The notes beneath the pieces were generated by a model. That model did not search any database. It had not been told where the DNA came from and was given only the letters and a program-made list of their open reading frames with translations. A DNA stretch of 57,753 nt from Candidatus Uhrbacteria bacterium (GTDB lineage: Bacteria; Patescibacteriota; Patescibacteriia; UBA9934; CAZDDW01): assembly GCA_043811105.1 (NCBI GenBank), contig JBDRNK010000015.1:1-57753 (forward strand), written 5' to 3'. A program made the translations under genes and the position numbers. Shown in pieces: positions 25,637 to 35,119 of the stretch. The first letter of the stretch is position 1, and each line of letters opens with the position of its first letter.

Positions 25637-26620
25637 TTACCCCAAGAATAAAGTCGCAATCGCAAAGTAAATGATAATCGATAAAAGATCCTGGACGGTT
25701 GTGGTAAACGGGCCAGCACCAAGGGCTGGGTCTTTTTTCATTTTCTGAAGTAAGAGCGGAATACCTAAAGCAATTGATCCGGCTTTAAAGATATTGATGA
25801 ACATGGTCAGGCCGATAATCATGGCGGCGACCGAGGAATCAAGCCAAACCTGAGCAAACATAATCAAACCAAGTGCCAGAATAATACCGATAATAAAATC
25901 TACAGCAACCTCTCGCAACACATAAGTTTTTAGATTAATCTCTTCATTGCCAAGCGATCTGATAAAGATTAACTGAGTTTGGTGGCCAACGGCATCGCCC
26001 ATATAAACGATTACTGGGATAAAAAATGCCAGAGCAATGATTTCTTCCAATGCACCTTCGAAATAACTGATCACAAAGGTAGCCACAATTCCGCCAGCCA
26101 GTCCAACTAGCAGCCAAGGCAAACGCATCCTAACCAATTTAGCAATGCCGGCCCTTAAGATTTCCTGGATCTGCATTTTTTCCGAAGTCAGACCAGAGTA
26201 GTAGATTATGTCTTCAACATGGGAAGAGTGCAAAGTATTAATTACATCGTCAGAACCGAAAACACCCATCAAGATCCCGTTCTTTTTGACAACAGGTAAC
26301 TGCTTAAGGTTTTGTCGAATAGCCAGCATAGCAGCACGTTCTTTGCGGGTGTAGGGATGAACCAGTACCAACTCCTGGCACATAAGGCTTTGAAGTTTCT
26401 GTCGCGGTGCAGCTTTTAGCAGTTCTTTAATCGAAATAACTCCAAGTGCCTTATTCTTGGAGTCAATCACATAAATATAATTCACAGTGTCCCATTCTGA
26501 AGCTCGTTCCATTAATTCTTTACGCATGGCTTCTACAGTTGTGTTTTGTCGACCGGTTGGAACTTGTTCGAGGATATGATGACCTATAGCATTTTTGGGA
26601 AAGCTTGGTTTTTGACTCAT
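25637..26620 (-). CDS. mgtE: magnesium transporter MgtE (CBS pair + MgtE membrane domain, short N-terminus)
   Basis: CBS-like 'VIDSKNKALGVISIKELL' and 'LPVVKKNGILMGVFGSDDV', followed by a 5-helix MgtE-type C-terminus. Confidence 0.8.
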   Translation of the reverse strand: MSQKPSFPKNAIGHHILEQVPTGRQNTTVEAMRKELMERASEWDTVNYIYVIDSKNKALGVISIKELLKAAPRQKLQSLMCQELVLVHPYTRKERAAMLAIRQNLKQLPVVKKNGILMGVFGSDDVINTLHSSHVEDIIYYSGLTSEKMQIQEILRAGIAKLVRMRLPWLLVGLAGGIVATFVISYFEGALEEIIALAFFIPVIVYMGDAVGHQTQLIFIRSLGNEEINLKTYVLREVAVDFIIGIILALGLIMFAQVWLDSSVAAMIIGLTMFINIFKAGSIALGIPLLLQKMKKDPALGAGPFTTTVQDLLSIIIYFAIATLFLG

Positions 26621-26622
26621 AT

Positions 26623-26835
26623 TTACCTCCAGTTTTTAAAGAATTCAATCACCCCATCAAAAAATGGGAACCAGCTTAGGGTCCAGATAAGCAATCCGGC
26701 AATTACAGTGATTCCGATAAAGTAACCAATGCCGCGGAAAATACCACCGGCTAAGTTAACTAAAGCAAAGCGCCAAAAAGGTTTTGGAACTTCAAAGTAT
26801 TTTGGTTTAAGTTTCTTATCCTTCCTCCAGAACAT
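26623..26835 (-). CDS. small membrane protein (DUF5665-like)
   Basis: I moved the start to ATG 26835, 9 nt after TATTAT (minus strand, 26850-26845). Two hydrophobic helices. The family name is from memory only. Confidence 0.5.
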   Translation of the reverse strand: MFWRKDKKLKPKYFEVPKPFWRFALVNLAGGIFRGIGYFIGITVIAGLLIWTLSWFPFFDGVIEFFKNWR

Positions 26836-26998
26836 ATTGTGTATATAATAGCATGAAACTAAAAAACCAAGAAACCAAGAAACTAAATACGGCACCTATT
26901 TTTTATTTTTTTACTTTCTTATTTTCTTATCCACGCTTGACTAAATTTTCAAAAAAGACTAGCGTTTAATTAATGGTAAGGTCATTATATTGGAGGAA

Positions 26999-27646
26999 AT
27001 GATGTACACGCCAGCCTTGGAAAAAGCCATTGTTCATGTGCTGGCTCTGCATCAAGGAGCTACGCGCAAAGGCAATGGTACGCCTTATGTAATTCACCCC
27101 TTGGCAGTCATGCTGATTCTGCTTCAGTATACACACGACGAGGACACCCTGATCGCTGCTTTGTATCATGATACCATCGAGGACGTAGAAGAGTTTTTGG
27201 CCGGACATCTGTTGTCTTGCACAAATGAACATGTGGTTCAGATCGTTCTTGATGTGACTGCTGACAAGGACACAAATGACACTCGTCAAGACAAGATTGA
27301 TAAGTGGCATCAACGGAAGCAAGACTACATGGATCATCTGCGTGACAGTGCTCGTCTTGAAGCTGTGGCTGTGTCTTGTACAGACAAGATTCACAACATG
27401 CTCAGCATGATCACCGGATTCCATACCTATGGTGAACCTTTTTGGACACGTTTCAATGCTTCCAGAGGAGACTTCTACTGGTACTACACCACTATCTGCG
27501 AAATCTTCCAACATCGTCTGGCTGATCAGTATCCAGGCCTGCTCGATGAGTTCGATCGCGTTCTCCTGGAACTCAGCCCTTTACTCATGGACGATGAGGA
27601 TTCCATGAATCTTGATGCCACTGACAGCGAACTGTCTCTGGCCTAA
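26999..27646 (+). CDS. HD-domain phosphohydrolase (SpoT/HD_4-like) (GC-rich cassette class)
   Basis: 'YVIHPLAV' and 'ALYHDTIEDV' match the His..HD..D motif. GGAGGAA lies immediately before the ATG. It has its own terminator. Confidence 0.7.
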   Translation: MMYTPALEKAIVHVLALHQGATRKGNGTPYVIHPLAVMLILLQYTHDEDTLIAALYHDTIEDVEEFLAGHLLSCTNEHVVQIVLDVTADKDTNDTRQDKIDKWHQRKQDYMDHLRDSARLEAVAVSCTDKIHNMLSMITGFHTYGEPFWTRFNASRGDFYWYYTTICEIFQHRLADQYPGLLDEFDRVLLELSPLLMDDEDSMNLDATDSELSLA

Positions 27647-27670
27647 CCCCGACACCTTCGGGGTTTTTTC
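27645..27670 (+). terminator. intrinsic terminator
   Basis: AACCCCG (27645-27651) pairs with CGGGGTT (27659-27665), followed by a T-run. Confidence 0.75.
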
Positions 27671-27709
27671 TTTGACAAAAGCCGGTAAATACAGCACAAT
27701 AAGAACAAT

Positions 27710-28453
27710 ATGTCACAATACTATAACGTTCCGCGGACTCGTAATTTATACATCCCTGGCCAGCCGTTTAAGGTTAGTCGATCCAAGATCGATCTATTCT
27801 TAGAATGTCAGCGCTGTTTTTATTTAGATCGAGTTAAAGGTGTTGGTCGACCTCCGGGATTTCCGTTTAATATCAATAGCACTGTTGATCATCTGCTGAA
27901 AAAAGAATTTGATTTACATCGAGCCAAGCAAAAGGCTCATCCGATGATGAAAGCATATGGACTTAAGGCCGTACCTTTTGAACATCAAAACATGGATCAG
28001 TGGCGAGAAAACTTTGTTGGAGTACAGTATTTTCATCAACCAACCAATCTAACCATTTTTGGCGCGGTTGATGATCTTTGGATGGATGTTTCCGGAGATT
28101 TGATCGTAGTTGATTACAAAGCCACGTCAAAGGATGGAAAAGTTTCGCTCGACGCTGACTGGCAGATTTGCTACAAGCGGCAGATGGAAGTGTATCAGTG
28201 GTTGATGCGACACAACGGGTTTGAGGTTTCAAATACCGGATACTTTGTCTACTGCAACGGTCGTCGTGATGCTCAGGCCTTTGATGGCAAACTTGAATTT
28301 GACGTTGATCTACTGCCATACGAAGGAAATGATGATTGGGTTGAAGGTACGGTTGTTGATTTGCACGCTTGCATGAATCAGCCTGAGATCCCGGCTTCGA
28401 ATCCTGGGTGCGATTATTGTTTGTATCGTCAAGCTGTAAGTAATGTTGAATAA
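27710..28453 (+). CDS. PD-(D/E)XK nuclease with Cas4/AddB-like four-Cys cluster
   Basis: N-terminal 'CQRCFY', core 'DLIVVDYKAT' (D..D-x-K), C-terminal 'CDYCLY'. Confidence 0.65.
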   Translation: MSQYYNVPRTRNLYIPGQPFKVSRSKIDLFLECQRCFYLDRVKGVGRPPGFPFNINSTVDHLLKKEFDLHRAKQKAHPMMKAYGLKAVPFEHQNMDQWRENFVGVQYFHQPTNLTIFGAVDDLWMDVSGDLIVVDYKATSKDGKVSLDADWQICYKRQMEVYQWLMRHNGFEVSNTGYFVYCNGRRDAQAFDGKLEFDVDLLPYEGNDDWVEGTVVDLHACMNQPEIPASNPGCDYCLYRQAVSNVE

Positions 28454-28455
28454 AT

Positions 28456-29202
28456 ATGACCGAGCTATCTAGAGAACATGGTCAAGAAGTAATGGCTGAA
28501 AAAAAGATTCTCGGCTCTGATTTTAAGTTTCCGGATTTACCGCCGTTGGAAAAGGGACAGTATTTTCATCAAGAAGTTGTTGAATATCCGGTTCAGGTTG
28601 GTGATCTAAAATTTGACGGTAAGTTTACTTTTGAACGAGCCGAAGATGTTCCAGAAGGCAAGCACGGTCAGGTTGCTCGGACAGATTTTGAGGCCTACGA
28701 CCCAGAGACAAAAGAACGTGTTTTAAGTTTCAAAGCGACCTTGACTCAAGGTGTTTATGATGCCGAATATCGGGAGGGTATTACCGGAACCCCGCGTCAT
28801 TGGCACATTTGGAATCGGCGAGTAGAGCCAGAGTATCGGAAAAAAGGTTTGGGCCAATTCAGTATGCAAGCGTTAGAAGAAGCGATTCAACGCTTTGGAC
28901 AAGAGCAGTCGGATTTAGCTGGGGAGTGGATTCAGTTAGATACACGTTTAGGATCGTTAACGAATTTGATTGTTGATCCGAATTGGTTAAAAGAGTGGTT
29001 AGCTGAAAATCCTGATCTGCCTTGGGTTAATTATCAGTTGTTGAATAAACGAGCAAAGAAAACCGATCGGAACTTGGGTTATCAACCACATCCAGTTGAT
29101 CAAGAGCGGGGAATTCGAGTATTACAATCTGGTACAGCCGAACGAAAAGATCTGGACGCCCTGCCTCCAGAAAAAGATGTACGGTTTGTGAAAAAGTTAT
29201 AG
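28456..29202 (+). CDS. hypothetical protein with a GNAT-like motif
   Basis: 'RRVEPEYRKKGLGQFSMQALEEAI' resembles acetyl-CoA-binding motif A (R/Q-x-x-G-x-G/A). Confidence 0.5.
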   Translation: MTELSREHGQEVMAEKKILGSDFKFPDLPPLEKGQYFHQEVVEYPVQVGDLKFDGKFTFERAEDVPEGKHGQVARTDFEAYDPETKERVLSFKATLTQGVYDAEYREGITGTPRHWHIWNRRVEPEYRKKGLGQFSMQALEEAIQRFGQEQSDLAGEWIQLDTRLGSLTNLIVDPNWLKEWLAENPDLPWVNYQLLNKRAKKTDRNLGYQPHPVDQERGIRVLQSGTAERKDLDALPPEKDVRFVKKL

Positions 29203-29249
29203 TTATGAATAAAAAACCGATACATCTCATGTATCGGCAAGGACCTGAC

Positions 29250-29759
29250 CTAGTCAGGTTTTGTTTTTGAAAAAAGGACGATGAGGTTGTTCTGGCCAGC
29301 AGAAATTGAAACTCTGTGGCCCTGCTGATCAAGTGTGGAAAAAAGTATTTGCCCAAGATCAGACTGAAGGTCGATCTTGCATTTGAATCCTCGGTAGGCC
29401 TTCGGTACGCAAGTCATCAAAGTTTCAACGAATTTCTTGATCAGTTCATCATCCTGATTCTCAGACAAAGCCAGGACCAGTTTTTCAGACAACCGCAATC
29501 TGGTTGCCTGAGCATAGCCCATGTCGCTTCGATCCAAGGGCTGCATGACAATCAGACCAGCAATATTGTCATGTTCGTCAGTAATGATCACGTGCATGCC
29601 ACGGTTTCCGAGAAACTGAATCTGAGTAGCAAACAGGTCGTTTGCGTTTTCAGGTCTGACTTCGCCAATCTCTTCAGACATCGGCGACCGACAAAATTGC
29701 TGTAGATCTCGTTGATCTTCGTGGCTGGAAATGCGAGCACTTAGCTGTGTAAGATCCAT
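29250..29759 (-). CDS. hypothetical protein (GC-rich cassette class)
   Basis: 169 aa. GGAGGACAAG lies directly before the ATG. TTGACT-N17-TAGGTT sits upstream. Terminator CCGATACAT..ATGTATCGG lies downstream. Confidence 0.6.
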   Translation of the reverse strand: MDLTQLSARISSHEDQRDLQQFCRSPMSEEIGEVRPENANDLFATQIQFLGNRGMHVIITDEHDNIAGLIVMQPLDRSDMGYAQATRLRLSEKLVLALSENQDDELIKKFVETLMTCVPKAYRGFKCKIDLQSDLGQILFSTLDQQGHRVSISAGQNNLIVLFSKTKPD

Positions 29760-29856
29760 CTTGTCCTCCAGAGCCTTAACCTATCATGATAATTCGCTTT
29801 AGTCAAGCCAAGGTGGATGTGGTAAAATATATCCAGAAAAAATTAATATTGATCTT

Positions 29857-31869
29857 ATGAAAAAAGAAATTTTATTTGCTTTGGCCAGTATCATGATTAT
29901 GTTGGCTATTGGGCTTTGGGTGCTGGCATATTTTTCTCTTAAATATGAGCAGAATTTAATTCCGGATATTCCGGACATTTTTGAGAACGTGACTGATGTG
30001 ATTGTTGGTCAGGGCGAGGTGGCAAAATTCGAGTCAGCTGAAGATTTTAAACAGTATTTGGCCGAAGTTCGCTCAACATATATGGATTCATATGGTTTTG
30101 GCGGTTTTGTTGAAACCAGTCAATTTCGAGGTGGAGATGTGATGGTTTTGGCTGAAGAAGCTACTGCTGTGGATAGTTCTGGTTTGAACGAAGTTTCAGG
30201 CATGGGGGCGGGCGCTGCACCGACAGCTGATCGAGTTTCTGAAACCAATGTCCAGGTGCAAGGTATTGATGAACCAGATATTGTTAAAACCGATGGCCAG
30301 GAAATTTACTATTCGCAAGAAGAGATTTATTACTATTGGCGCGAAACTCGGGGTTTTGACACAACCACTAAAATGATCAGTGCCTTACCAGTTGAAGAAA
30401 TGGATATTGACGGGGAGATTGAAGCGATCGGTGATTTGCTGTTGGTTGATGACATCTTGTTAATTCTTGATTATCAGGGCATTAATGCCTATGACGTTAG
30501 TGATCCAACCAGCGCGGTTGAGTTGTGGACCATGGAATATTCTGACTCTACTTATCACGACGCCCGTCTTTACAATGGCTTGTTATATCTGGTTACTTAT
30601 ACCTGGATTAGTGATTATAATCCTTGCCCGATTGAGCCGTTCTATATGGCTGACCAGCCGTTTGAAATCGCTTGTTCAGATATTTATCACCCGGTTGCCC
30701 CGGCACCCTCTGATGTAACTTTTAATGTGGCCAAGATTAATCCGACTTCAGGTCAGATTGAAGATCAAGTTTCTTTGGTTAGTTCATATTCTGAGGCTGT
30801 GGTTTACATGACCACTGGTAATCTGTATTTGACCTACACATATCCTGAAAGCTTTGTGAATTTGGTGGTTGAGTTTTTTAATGAGGAAGCATACAATTTG
30901 GTTTCCACAGAGGCTTTGCAAAGGATACGCAACCTTGAAGTCTATGAAATTTCCGATCAAGCCAAGATGGTTGAATTTCAAGTCATCCTTGATGATTATT
31001 TAAACTCGCTTGATGAAGACGATCGACTGATGTTTGAAAATGAGTTTGAGAATCGGATGGATACTTTTTTGGATGAACGCAAGCGCGAGCTAACACGCAC
31101 AGGAATTGTGCGCATTGATCCTGATAATTTATCCATTAAAGCCACCGGCGAGGTACCGGGGTATCCATTAAATCAATTTTCACTTGATGAGTGGGATGAT
31201 CATTTGCGAATTGCTACCACTGTTGGCGGTTCTGGTTTGTGGGGCTGGATGTTTAGTTCAAGTACTGAGTCTGAAAACGACCTTTATGTTTTGAATGATA
31301 ATTTGAAAGTTACTGGTCAGGTACAAGGTTTGGCTGAAGGTGAGCGGATTTATTCAGCGCGTTTCATTGAAGATAAAGGATATTTGGTAACCTTCCGTCA
31401 GACTGATCCGTTTTATGTATTTGATCTTTCTAATCATAAAAAACCGGCCATGGTCGGTGAGTTAAAGATCCCGGGATATTCTTCTTACCTGCATCCGTTA
31501 GCTGAGGATTTGATTCTCGGGGTTGGTATGGAGGATTCAAAGGTTAAATTATCCTTGTTTGATGTTTCTGATCCAACTGATCCAGTCGAGGTTAGTAAAT
31601 ACATGCTTGATGAATACTGGTCAGATGTTTTAGAAACTCATCACGCCTTCTTACACGATTCAAAGTTCGGTGTCTTCTTTATGCCGGGAAGTCAGGGCGG
31701 ATATATTTTTAGCTATGAAGATGATAATTTACAATTAGAAAAGGCAGTCGCCGGAATCAATGCTAAACGAGCCATCTATGTTAATGATAACTTGTACATC
31801 TTTGGTCAAGACGAGATCGTTGTTTTAGACGAGAACACTTGGGAAAGAGTCGGAGAATTAGATCTTTAA
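29857..31869 (+). CDS. secreted beta-propeller domain protein (PF09826-like)
   Basis: 670 aa with an N-terminal TM anchor. 'YSARFIEDKGYLVTFRQTDPFYVFDLSNHKKPAMVGELKIPGYSSYLHPL' resembles the Beta_propel family from memory. Confidence 0.65.
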   Translation: MKKEILFALASIMIMLAIGLWVLAYFSLKYEQNLIPDIPDIFENVTDVIVGQGEVAKFESAEDFKQYLAEVRSTYMDSYGFGGFVETSQFRGGDVMVLAEEATAVDSSGLNEVSGMGAGAAPTADRVSETNVQVQGIDEPDIVKTDGQEIYYSQEEIYYYWRETRGFDTTTKMISALPVEEMDIDGEIEAIGDLLLVDDILLILDYQGINAYDVSDPTSAVELWTMEYSDSTYHDARLYNGLLYLVTYTWISDYNPCPIEPFYMADQPFEIACSDIYHPVAPAPSDVTFNVAKINPTSGQIEDQVSLVSSYSEAVVYMTTGNLYLTYTYPESFVNLVVEFFNEEAYNLVSTEALQRIRNLEVYEISDQAKMVEFQVILDDYLNSLDEDDRLMFENEFENRMDTFLDERKRELTRTGIVRIDPDNLSIKATGEVPGYPLNQFSLDEWDDHLRIATTVGGSGLWGWMFSSSTESENDLYVLNDNLKVTGQVQGLAEGERIYSARFIEDKGYLVTFRQTDPFYVFDLSNHKKPAMVGELKIPGYSSYLHPLAEDLILGVGMEDSKVKLSLFDVSDPTDPVEVSKYMLDEYWSDVLETHHAFLHDSKFGVFFMPGSQGGYIFSYEDDNLQLEKAVAGINAKRAIYVNDNLYIFGQDEIVVLDENTWERVGELDL

Positions 31870-31871
31870 GC

Positions 31872-31997
31872 GGGAAAGACGCCCGTAAGGGCGTCAAGGT
31901 TGTGATCTACATTTAAGAAAGCTAATATGACGCCCTGACGGGCGTCTGTCCCACAAAGAAGATTGCTCTCGTGGGGAAAGACGCCCGTAAGGGCGTC
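31872..31997. repeat. REP cluster upstream of the RAYT gene
   Basis: GGGAAAGACGCCCGTAAGGGCGTC / GACGCCCTGACGGGCGTCTGTCCC / GGGGAAAGACGCCCGTAAGGGCGTC. Confidence 0.85.
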
Positions 31998-32003
31998 AAA
32001 GCT

Positions 32004-32543
32004 ATGGCAGTTCCAAGTATCCATCGCCCTTGTCATGATTCAATGAATGTTCCTGGTGAGTATTTTATAACCGGAAAGACAGTAGACGGACAAAAATTCA
32101 TTCAGGCCGGCGAAAGAAAATATGAGTTTCTTGATGTCGTAATCAATTTGTGTGAGCGGCATGCCTTTGAACTGATTGCTTGGATGGTTGCTGATAATCA
32201 TTATCATATTAAAATTTATTCAGATCAAGTATTCAAAATTGGTCGCTTTGCAAACAGTTTACACAGCATCACGGCGAAGATATTTAATGATTTAGATCAG
32301 AAGCCTGGCCGAAAAGTTTGGAACCAATACTGGGATCGTCGAATTCGAGATGAGAAAGAATCCTGGACGGTCTTTAATTATATTCACTGGAATCCAATAA
32401 AGCACAGATACGCAAAGGATTTGTTAGAAGCAACAAAATACAGATACTGTAGTTTAGGAATTTGGCATGAATTGTTGGGTGAAGAGTTGATTGAGGTTTT
32501 TTATGAACAGTATCCGATTGACCAATTCAAACCATTTAAGTAA
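32004..32543 (+). CDS. REP-associated tyrosine transposase (RAYT; IS200/IS605-like Y1 HUH)
   Basis: HUH motif 'DNHYHIKI' and C-terminal 'WNQYWDRRIRDEKESWTVFNYIHWNPIKHRYA' (catalytic Tyr region). I moved the start to ATG 32004 because 31973-31997 is a REP. Confidence 0.8.
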   Translation: MAVPSIHRPCHDSMNVPGEYFITGKTVDGQKFIQAGERKYEFLDVVINLCERHAFELIAWMVADNHYHIKIYSDQVFKIGRFANSLHSITAKIFNDLDQKPGRKVWNQYWDRRIRDEKESWTVFNYIHWNPIKHRYAKDLLEATKYRYCSLGIWHELLGEELIEVFYEQYPIDQFKPFK

Positions 32544-32547
32544 CACT

Positions 32548-32605
32548 GACGCCCTTACGGGCGTCTATCCCCCGAATTAATGGGAGAGACGCCCGTAAGG
32601 GCGTC
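32548..32605. repeat. REP doublet downstream of the RAYT gene
   Basis: GACGCCCTTACGGGCGTCTATCCC and GGGAGAGACGCCCGTAAGGGCGTC. Confidence 0.85.
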
Positions 32606-32616
32606 ATCGTCAGAAT

Positions 32617-33306
32617 ATGCGAATAAACAAATACTTAACTCAAGCCAATTATTGTTCGCGACGGGAAGCCGATCGCTTGATTGGTGATGGCAAAGTTAGA
32701 ATTAATCAACGCAAAGCTAAGCTTGGCGATCAAGTTGGCCCGGCTGATAAAGTTTTTGTTGGGCGTAATCAGATCGAACTTGATCAGGAAGAAAAGATAT
32801 ATCTGGTTTTTAACAAACCGGTCGGGGTTATCTGCACTTCTGATCCAACCGCTCGACGCAATATTGTAAGCGCAGTAAATTCACCTGAGCGAGTCTATCC
32901 AGTTGGCCGGCTTGATGTGAACACCTCCGGCTTGATCTTAATGACCAATGACGGTGATCTGGTAAATATGATTCTCAAAGCTGAAAATCATGTAGAAAAA
33001 GAATATATTGTTGAAGTTGATCGTAAGATCAATCAGCACTTTATTGATAACTTACATAATGGTGTGAATATAGGAGGCAGGCGCAAAACAATGCCGGCGA
33101 TAGTAAAAAGAATCAATGATCGGAATTTTTCAATGACCATTATGGAAGGAAAAAAACGGCAGATTCGTCGAATGTGTCAGGTACTTGGTTATGAGGTGAC
33201 CGGTTTGATTCGAGTTCGTATCGGAAAGCTTGAGCTTGGCAAACTTCGTGCCGGAGAATCAAAGAAAATTTCTGAAAAAAAATTAAAGCAGGCTTTGAAT
33301 TTATAA
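32617..33306 (+). CDS. pseudouridine synthase, RsuA/RluB family (S4 domain + catalytic domain)
   Basis: 'RINKYLTQANYCSRREADRLI' (S4 domain) and 'VGRLDVNTSGLILMTNDG' (catalytic Asp motif). Confidence 0.85.
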   Translation: MRINKYLTQANYCSRREADRLIGDGKVRINQRKAKLGDQVGPADKVFVGRNQIELDQEEKIYLVFNKPVGVICTSDPTARRNIVSAVNSPERVYPVGRLDVNTSGLILMTNDGDLVNMILKAENHVEKEYIVEVDRKINQHFIDNLHNGVNIGGRRKTMPAIVKRINDRNFSMTIMEGKKRQIRRMCQVLGYEVTGLIRVRIGKLELGKLRAGESKKISEKKLKQALNL

Positions 33307-33307
33307 T

Positions 33308-34063
33308 ATGGATTTGAGTTTGGTTCTTCCGGCCTTTCTGGCTGGTTTGATTACATTTTTAGCCCCATGTACTTTACCGTTAGTGCCGGTTTATTTGGCG
33401 ATCATTAGTGGAGTATCATCAGAACAACTTCGTGATCCTGAAAAGTCCAGACATACTTGTCTGAAGATATTTTTTAACGGTCTTTGGTTTGTTATTGGTT
33501 TTAGTGCGATTTTTATTACTCTTGGAACAGTCGCCGGAGCACTTGGTCAAACCCTGGCTCAACATCGAGAATTGATCGTCCAGATCGGAGGAATTTTTGT
33601 GATCATTTTTGGTTTGTTCATGTTACAAGCGGTTAAGATTCCGGTGTTAGAAAAAACAGCCCGCTTGCGCACGCCAAAGATTTTCAAACAAGGAAGCGGA
33701 ATAAATGCTTTTGTTGTCGGAGCTATTTTTGCTTTTGGCTGGACACCGTGCATCGGACCTATTCTTGGAACGATCTTATTGCTAGCCTCTTTATCTTCAA
33801 CAGTATGGCAGGGTGCTTTTTTACTGTTAGTGTTTTCGATCGGACTAGCAATTCCATTCCTTGTTATCGCAACCGTGGCTAGTTCAGCCGTGCATTACGT
33901 TCGCCGTTTACTTAAGTATATGCCAATTATTTCAGTTATCGGCGGTGTGTTCTTAATTGTTCTTGGTGTTTTGCTCTTGATCGATAAAATGGAACTTCTT
34001 ATCGGTTGGGGATATCAACTGGGCCACTTGTTCAATTACGAAAGTTTGATGGATTATTTGTAA
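33308..34063 (+). CDS. ccdA: cytochrome c biogenesis/thiol-disulfide transporter CcdA (DsbD family)
   Basis: 'FLAPCTLPLVPVYL' and 'GWTPCIGPILG', the two conserved Cys-Pro helices. About 6 TM helices. Confidence 0.8.
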   Translation: MDLSLVLPAFLAGLITFLAPCTLPLVPVYLAIISGVSSEQLRDPEKSRHTCLKIFFNGLWFVIGFSAIFITLGTVAGALGQTLAQHRELIVQIGGIFVIIFGLFMLQAVKIPVLEKTARLRTPKIFKQGSGINAFVVGAIFAFGWTPCIGPILGTILLLASLSSTVWQGAFLLLVFSIGLAIPFLVIATVASSAVHYVRRLLKYMPIISVIGGVFLIVLGVLLLIDKMELLIGWGYQLGHLFNYESLMDYL

Positions 34064-34070
34064 TAAGTTT

Positions 34071-35011
34071 TTAATGTTGAAAATTTTTGCGTAAAAGAAA
34101 AAGTGCCAGTGTGTCCACAACCTCTGGATGAAACTTATACTTGGGAAAAGATCCGAACGGGTTAACATCTATTACAACGGGTTCGTCATTTTTCATAATA
34201 ATATCCATACATAAATATTTTAGACCTAATTTATCACTTAGGTTTTTAAAATTATCTTCGTAATTACTAAATAGGTTTTCAGGTGCTTTAACTAAGTCAG
34301 CCGAGCTTTTATCAAAGGAGTTTATTTTTTTCTTTTATAAGCAAAGATGTTTCCGTTTACAACAAATACTCTGTACTCTTCTCCTTCAATCATATTTTGC
34401 AAAAAGCAGGTTCCAAAATTGTCAGTATGTTTTTGAATGTCATCTGAGTTAGTAACAAGATGAGGTTTGTATATATAGGCTTTATCATTACCATCTTCTT
34501 CAAAAGATAATATATCTTTAAGAGCACACTCTTTTTTTGGTACTTGATTTGAAAAATAGCAATTACCAAGACTTTTTGTTATTTGTTTATTGTCAAGATT
34601 GAAATCAATATTTCCGTTTTTGATAATAATAGATTTAGGCGTCTTAAGTCCACACTCTCTTGCTTGAGATAACGAGTATAGTCTATTTCGTGCGAAATGA
34701 GCTTTTTGGATATCATTAATTCCCACCTCATTGAATAATAGAGCTATTGTTTTTAATAATTCTGTTTTTTCTCTTTTCTGATAGGTGTCTGTGTGAGGGT
34801 TAATTAAATCATAAGGATACCTAATAAATGACGCTGTGAAACTTTTTATGCTGTGTTTTTCTGCATTGTCTCCGATGTATATCGAATTGTCATCGATAGC
34901 TGTTACATCTTTATCACTAATAATTAAATCACCCTCAGACTTATTCTTATCAAGGGATTTATATAGGTCTTGGACTCTGTTGTATGGACAGCTAATTATT
35001 ATTTTATTCAT
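34071..35011 (-). pseudogene. ATP-grasp ligase (RimK-like) split by a -1 frameshift in an A7 run
   Basis: The ORF 35011-34322 ends '...EYRVFVVNGNIFAYKRKK*'. The -1 frame continues '(I)NSFDKSS...LGLKYLCMDIIMKNDEPVVIDVNPFGSF...' to TAA 34073-34071, which is the expected ATP-grasp C-terminal half. The junction is AGAAAAAAATAA (T-run 34325-34331 on the + strand). Confidence 0.65.
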
Positions 35012-35119
35012 ATGTAAACAAACAGGAGCGATAAACGCCCCTGTTGGCTTGTCAGTTTAGTCTTGCCAAATTGCCATAAAGGTCGTTATTAAAAATTATT
35101 TAATTCAAGGTATTGGGTG

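Larger units (their letters stand above)
31872..32605 (+). mobile_element. REP-RAYT unit (REPtron-like): Y1 transposase flanked by inverted REPs
   Basis: Three REPs lie upstream (31872-31895 forward, 31929-31952 inverted, 31973-31997 forward). Two lie downstream (32548-32571 inverted, 32582-32605 forward). Confidence 0.75.

Noticed and set aside
26966-27514. Minus-strand 182-aa ORF
   Set aside because: It is antisense to the HD-domain gene, which has recognisable motifs, an SD and a terminator.
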